IMG/VR virus record: IMGVR_UViG_3300044822_000018
Coordinates: 1 to 51,152 of that record
Strand: one strand, 5' to 3'
DNA from: a virus
Lineage: Duplodnaviria; Caudoviricetes
Length of the DNA: 51,152 nt
Position 1 is the stretch's first letter. The number at the start of each line of letters is the position of its first letter. The notes under the pieces were generated by a model. It ran no database searches. It saw nothing but the letters and a program-made list of their open reading frames with translations, and was not told the origin of the DNA. The translations under genes were made by a program, and so were the position numbers. Shown one piece after another: positions 47,116 to 51,152 of this stretch.

Positions 47116-48069
47116 TTAGCTCCCCTGCGAGCCGACGATACCCCACGGCGTAATAAAGCCGTATGTTGACCGGAACGACGTTGCCATGTTGAAGTTTTTC
47201 GTGCTTGGTTCCATCCAAGACGACACGCGGTTTTCCCACTTGTGCCCAACGACCAGGCTGTGCGAGTCGCCTTGAATGTCGCCTGCGGCAGCGGCCACGC
47301 ACCAAAACGTCGGCGACGTGAGATACCGCACGACCATAAGCGTGACAGTATCGCGAACCACGTTGATCGTGTTCTGGTTCGAGTATACCGAATTGGGCGT
47401 GCCGAGAATTTCTTCGGCAACCTTGGCAAGCTGCGGTCCGCAGAGCAAGTAAACCGGCGTCTTGCGACGCGGCAGGCCACGGTCAGACAACATCGTTTCA
47501 AACAGGATGTACGCCTGTTGAAGCGCCTCGGGCGTTAGCTGCAACGCGCCGAGCGAATTGCTCTGGGTTAAGCCAATCATCGAGACAACGCCGGTCGGCG
47601 TGCTGCGTGGTGCCAGGGGATGAACAGTTGAGAACAGCGGCAGGCCGTCCGAGCCTAACGCCGTGGGCGAGAAGCCCAGGTTTAGCGTGTTCCAGAAAGT
47701 CAGGTCCTTCGTGACCTGTTCGGCGTCCGAGAGCATTTCGGGCAGCTTGCCCATGAAGCCAATCGCATCTTCGACTTGGGCTTCTTCGGTGATGGCCGCC
47801 GCGAGCGCGAACGTGAAGTAATTAAACGTCGTCGGAATCAACTCGAACGGCTGATCGTAAACCGGCGCGCTGCCTTCAGGCTTGTAGCGCAACGTGCCGA
47901 TTTCGGCGTAAGGCATGAACGTCGCGAAACTGCGCTTAGGATCGGTTGAAATGACGTTGAAGAATTTCTTGTAAAGCGGCGGAACTTTCGACGCTCGATT
48001 CGTAAACGAGCGTTCCATCGCTTTACTAGCGGTCTGTACGCTAGAACGGGTATTAAGAATAATCGCCAT
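47116..48069 (-). CDS. major capsid protein (HK97 fold, Mu gpT-like)
   Basis: KPEGSAPVYD, ITEEAQVED, GSDGLPLFSTVHP, YLTSPTFW, FRSTYGFITPWGIVGSQG. Confidence 0.88.
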   Translation of the reverse strand: MAIILNTRSSVQTASKAMERSFTNRASKVPPLYKKFFNVISTDPKRSFATFMPYAEIGTLRYKPEGSAPVYDQPFELIPTTFNYFTFALAAAITEEAQVEDAIGFMGKLPEMLSDAEQVTKDLTFWNTLNLGFSPTALGSDGLPLFSTVHPLAPRSTPTGVVSMIGLTQSNSLGALQLTPEALQQAYILFETMLSDRGLPRRKTPVYLLCGPQLAKVAEEILGTPNSVYSNQNTINVVRDTVTLMVVRYLTSPTFWCVAAAAGDIQGDSHSLVVGHKWENRVSSWMEPSTKNFNMATSFRSTYGFITPWGIVGSQGS

Positions 48070-48072
48070 GAT

Positions 48073-48999
48073 TTAGACCAATCCCGTTCCGTTGAACGAC
48101 ACAATTACTCGCTTTCCTAAATCGCCTATGCTTCCGACAACGCTTTGCACGCCATCGGACGAATTAATGATCGTACAAATCGCACCGTTAGCCGATGGAT
48201 CAACGACCCAAAAACCGCTTACGGTATCCAGCGTTAGGCCGCAGGTCGTGCCGATAAGCGCGGGCGTCCAGGTGTAAGTTTGACGCAGCGAAAATTCCCA
48301 GTACGTAAAGCCTTGCAGCTTGACGACATACGCCGTATACGCTTCGTTTGGCGTTAGCGGCGGAACTGTGACAGTCGCGCCGTAAAGACTTTGGTTGCCG
48401 ACGTTGATGCTGCCGCCGATGCCGCTGAAAAAGTTAGCGTTTGAGTCGTTGACCGCGATGCCGACGATGTTCGTGCTAGGATTCGTGGCCGCGCGTTGGA
48501 CGCCGATGCTATTGGCAAACGGGTTCGCAACAGTCACAGTCGAGCCGAGCGTCGTGCCGGTGGACTGTCTGACTTCGTAGCCAGGCAGCTTAGAAGCATA
48601 AACCGCGAAGCCGGTCGCCATAGCTGGGGCTCCGGCAGCGGCCACGCTGATCGTCGGCAAGTAGCCAGGCAATGAATTAACTACGAACTCGGTACCCGGC
48701 AGCGATTCATTAGTGGACGTGCCGGTGTAGGTCAAGACGTAATAATAAGAGCCGCCCGGTGCATTTGCCGTTACTGTCTGAGTGACAGTTACAGCCGACG
48801 CGAGCGGCCCTGCGACTCCTACGCCCGTACCGACGCCGAGCCCTGGCGGATTTACGATTGTGCCGGTCGGCGTCGAGATTAAAACATCGCCTTCGCGCCA
48901 AAACGCTGAAGGCGCTGGCACATACGATTGTTGTACCGGCGCTTCAAAACTCGGATTGCCAGCCCATTGCGGCATCAAGTACGGGATAGTCAAACCCAT
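48073..48999 (-). CDS. capsid decoration/cement protein with inserted beta domain
   Basis: Directly upstream of MCP; EGDVL...IVGIA...ALIGTTCGL pattern. Confidence 0.55.
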   Translation of the reverse strand: MGLTIPYLMPQWAGNPSFEAPVQQSYVPAPSAFWREGDVLISTPTGTIVNPPGLGVGTGVGVAGPLASAVTVTQTVTANAPGGSYYYVLTYTGTSTNESLPGTEFVVNSLPGYLPTISVAAAGAPAMATGFAVYASKLPGYEVRQSTGTTLGSTVTVANPFANSIGVQRAATNPSTNIVGIAVNDSNANFFSGIGGSINVGNQSLYGATVTVPPLTPNEAYTAYVVKLQGFTYWEFSLRQTYTWTPALIGTTCGLTLDTVSGFWVVDPSANGAICTIINSSDGVQSVVGSIGDLGKRVIVSFNGTGLV

Positions 49000-49030
49000 T
49001 AAAAAGCTCCCAGATTTAACATTTGAGAGC

Positions 49031-49060
49031 AGCTTATCATGCTATAACAGTTAGCGTCAA
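49031..49060 (-). promoter_or_regulatory. putative promoter for capsid genes
   Basis: TTGACG-18 nt-TAAGCT with TG extension; GGGAG RBS downstream. Confidence 0.45.
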
Positions 49061-49071
49061 CAGATACACGT

Positions 49072-49329
49072 TTAACTCGATGGTGTATTTTGTCCGTTTA
49101 ACTCTTTGACAACTGCTTGATGCGCCCGATAATACGGCCCAACACCAAAAATTAAGCCAACAAGTCCAGCCCACCAATTACTAGCAAAAAAATGCAAAGC
49201 GTCAAGCGGCGTGTTGCATAGCCCCATACCCCACCCAACAACAAACATGCCCAGAATCAAACTTTGCAAGCCGAATAGCGCCGATACGGCATAAGATTTA
49301 AGCGTCTGGTATACAACAGGCGGCATCAT
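49072..49329 (-). CDS. putative holin
   Basis: 85 aa, two hydrophobic segments, Met-Met start overlapping the lysozyme stop (ATGA). Confidence 0.55.
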   Translation of the reverse strand: MMPPVVYQTLKSYAVSALFGLQSLILGMFVVGWGMGLCNTPLDALHFFASNWWAGLVGLIFGVGPYYRAHQAVVKELNGQNTPSS

Positions 49330-49760
49330 GGCGGCGTTAAAAATAAGGCTTTTTCGGCTGCGCGCCTGTTGACCAGGCCCTGAAGTACGCGCCCGCCTGC
49401 ATAAACCCAACGACTAAATTCGTTAGCGGCTAAATCAAACTTGCGCTGATTTACATAGAACATGAGCGTAGAATCGGCCAACGCCGTAATGCCTAAGTTA
49501 TACGCAAAACTAACAAGCGCGCTAAATTGATTAGGATTTAGCACAACGTCAGTTTCGTTTTGGACTTGGTTGGCGACTTCTTGTAACTGTTCGACGAGCC
49601 ATACTTCGGCTTGGGTTTGCGTGCATGTTTGACCTGGCACAACGCCGGAAGTGCGCCCGTAGCCTATCGTCCAGACGCCTACAGGATCGGCGTAGGCGAC
49701 CAGGCTACAGCCCTCAAAACGCTTGACTAGCTCTAAGCCCGCGCTGTTGATGCTAGGCAT
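49326..49760 (-). CDS. endolysin, GH24 lysozyme
   Basis: FEGCSLVAYADPVGVWTIGYG (E-8x-D-5x-T triad), QFSALVSFAYNLG, GLVNRRAAEKALF. Confidence 0.95.
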   Translation of the reverse strand: MPSINSAGLELVKRFEGCSLVAYADPVGVWTIGYGRTSGVVPGQTCTQTQAEVWLVEQLQEVANQVQNETDVVLNPNQFSALVSFAYNLGITALADSTLMFYVNQRKFDLAANEFSRWVYAGGRVLQGLVNRRAAEKALFLTPP

Positions 49761-50285
49761 TTATTTGTCTTTAATTTGCATCGTACCTTGGTACGCGCCA
49801 TGCGACTCGCCTTCAATCTGGTCGCTAAATTCAACGGCTTGGTTTGCAAGCCGCGAATAGGCGTAATCTTCGTAGGCCGTGTAATAGCGTTCGACGTACT
49901 TCGCTGGCATTTCAAACAACGCTTGATCTTCCCACACGACGTAATTGCCGCTAGGAGTTTCTAAGTCGATGATTGCTGCGAGCGCGCAGTTCGGATCGAC
50001 TTCGTCAAATTCAACAGGTCGCATATGTCCTGCGCGAACCATCGAGCCTGTTTTTGGCTGCGTGCGAACGCGCCACACGTATTTAGAATTTGGATTGGGC
50101 TTTTTGAGAATCTTTTCCGGCGACCCTAGCAGAAGCGTTGCATCTTCGCCAGGGTATTTCTTGCCAATATACGGCGCGGCGCTAATGCGTCCGCCGTTGG
50201 GCGTCGTCACTTTGATGCCACGTTGCATACGGGCCGAATGATCGGCGATAAGGGCCTGTCGGGTGATTTCTGCTGCGTCTGCCAT
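49761..50285 (-). CDS. head-module hypothetical protein
   Basis: 174 aa, AGGAG RBS, follows the scaffold gene. Confidence 0.7.
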   Translation of the reverse strand: MADAAEITRQALIADHSARMQRGIKVTTPNGGRISAAPYIGKKYPGEDATLLLGSPEKILKKPNPNSKYVWRVRTQPKTGSMVRAGHMRPVEFDEVDPNCALAAIIDLETPSGNYVVWEDQALFEMPAKYVERYYTAYEDYAYSRLANQAVEFSDQIEGESHGAYQGTMQIKDK

Positions 50286-50293
50286 AATTGCTC

Positions 50294-51055
50294 CTAGTAG
50301 CCGTAATCGGCGTTGACTTCAGATTCGATGGCTTCAACGTCCTCGTCTGTTAGCGAACCGCGCCGTTTCATCGTGGCGATGAGTTGGTTCAAGCCTTCGT
50401 CTTTTTGCAGGTCGGGATTAGCGAAGATGGCCCCCTCGGGGCGCTTGCCGAGCGCGCGGCGTCCTGGGGCACCGCCGCCGCCCATCTGAGGCGGTTCGGG
50501 CTTTGGCGCGCTCGCAGCGGCCTTGCGGTAGAGCCCAGCGGCGGCGGCGTCCCAGCGTAGGTTTAACTGGCGCTGGCGCTGGTTGGCGGGCAATTGCAGC
50601 AAGGCGCGCACGTCAATGTCGGACAGTTCTTTGCGAAAAATGGGCTCGATCTTCGAGAACATCACATCCTGACCGGATTTTTGCGTGATAAAATTCTCAA
50701 CAAATAAATCGCCCGACGTTTGCATATAGGGATTTGCGTGTTGAGCAAACTCCTCCATGCGCTCGTTTGTCATCATTTCGGCAAGGTTCATCATCGCCGC
50801 CGTAGGATTGGCCGCGATCTGAAGGTCTAATTGGGCGCGCTGTTCGGGCGTCAGCATCGCCAACTGTTGCTTGAGCGTCATTTTGGGCGGCGGCGCAGGC
50901 GCTTGAACTTGACGCGCGCCAAATGTCTCGGCCAGGCCGCGCGCGACGGCTTCGGCGATGGCGGCGCTGTTATCTACCGGCGCGGCGACAGGCGGTTTTT
51001 CTTCGTCTTTGATTTCGTCTAAAGCGGCTTTAATTTCTTCGGCTGTTTCAGCCAT
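50294..51055 (-). CDS. scaffolding protein (putative)
   Basis: Helical, acidic, P/G-rich linker before C-terminal helix; AGGAG RBS before MAETAEE; between portal and capsid. Confidence 0.65.
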   Translation of the reverse strand: MAETAEEIKAALDEIKDEEKPPVAAPVDNSAAIAEAVARGLAETFGARQVQAPAPPPKMTLKQQLAMLTPEQRAQLDLQIAANPTAAMMNLAEMMTNERMEEFAQHANPYMQTSGDLFVENFITQKSGQDVMFSKIEPIFRKELSDIDVRALLQLPANQRQRQLNLRWDAAAAGLYRKAAASAPKPEPPQMGGGGAPGRRALGKRPEGAIFANPDLQKDEGLNQLIATMKRRGSLTDEDVEAIESEVNADYGY

Positions 51056-51152
51056 TGTTTGCTCCTGCAAGTTTGAGTAATCTTAAACGCAGTTCACGCA
51101 TAGCGTCGATGTGTCCTTGATGAAGTGCAGCGTCAACATAGCAGCCGGTACG
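51026..51152. repeat. 127-bp terminal direct repeat (copy 2)
   Basis: Identical to 1-127. Confidence 0.97.

Noticed and set aside
47112-47501. Programmed frameshift extension of the major capsid protein
   Set aside because: The overlapping frame stops within a few bases of the MCP stop and I saw no slippery heptamer; the next gene has its own RBS.
258-51055. Alternative genetic code, and the many antisense ORFs in the track
   Set aside because: Genes tile tightly under code 11 using all three stops; the antisense ORFs lie opposite well-supported genes and lack motifs.

Overview
The window is one apparently complete tailed-phage genome (Caudoviricetes, podovirus-like gene set). Bases 1-127 repeat exactly at 51026-51152, so the contig is circular at about 51,025 bp. 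It has two arms that diverge from a non-coding region at about 13.7-14.3 kb and converge at about 29.15 kb. The plus arm (14.3-29.2 kb) carries early and replication genes: MoxR-like AAA+ with a VWA-like partner, primase-polymerase/helicase, SNF2-like helicase, UDG-fused family-A DNA polymerase, Cas4-like nuclease, an apparently circularly permuted Sak4/AAA_24-like ATPase, an SSB-like protein, VRR-NUC and many micro-ORFs. The minus arm (13.7 kb leftwards round the circle to 29.1 kb) carries a 1851-aa exported protein, three ribbon-helix-helix proteins, a GroES-like protein, Lys-rich proteins, terminase, portal, scaffold, lysozyme/holin, capsid, tail and ejection-type proteins. I found no integrase, tRNA or CRISPR array. 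The most unusual signals are: (1) the heptamer GCCTGTT/AACAGGC, about 110 copies by hand count against about 6 expected, in all six frames; (2) a PurD-like ATP-grasp ligase among the ejection-protein genes; (3) four signal-peptide-bearing proteins in the late arm, two with paralogous clan GH-A-like domains; (4) the permuted P-loop ATPase. All functional calls come from motif recognition by eye; no database search was run.
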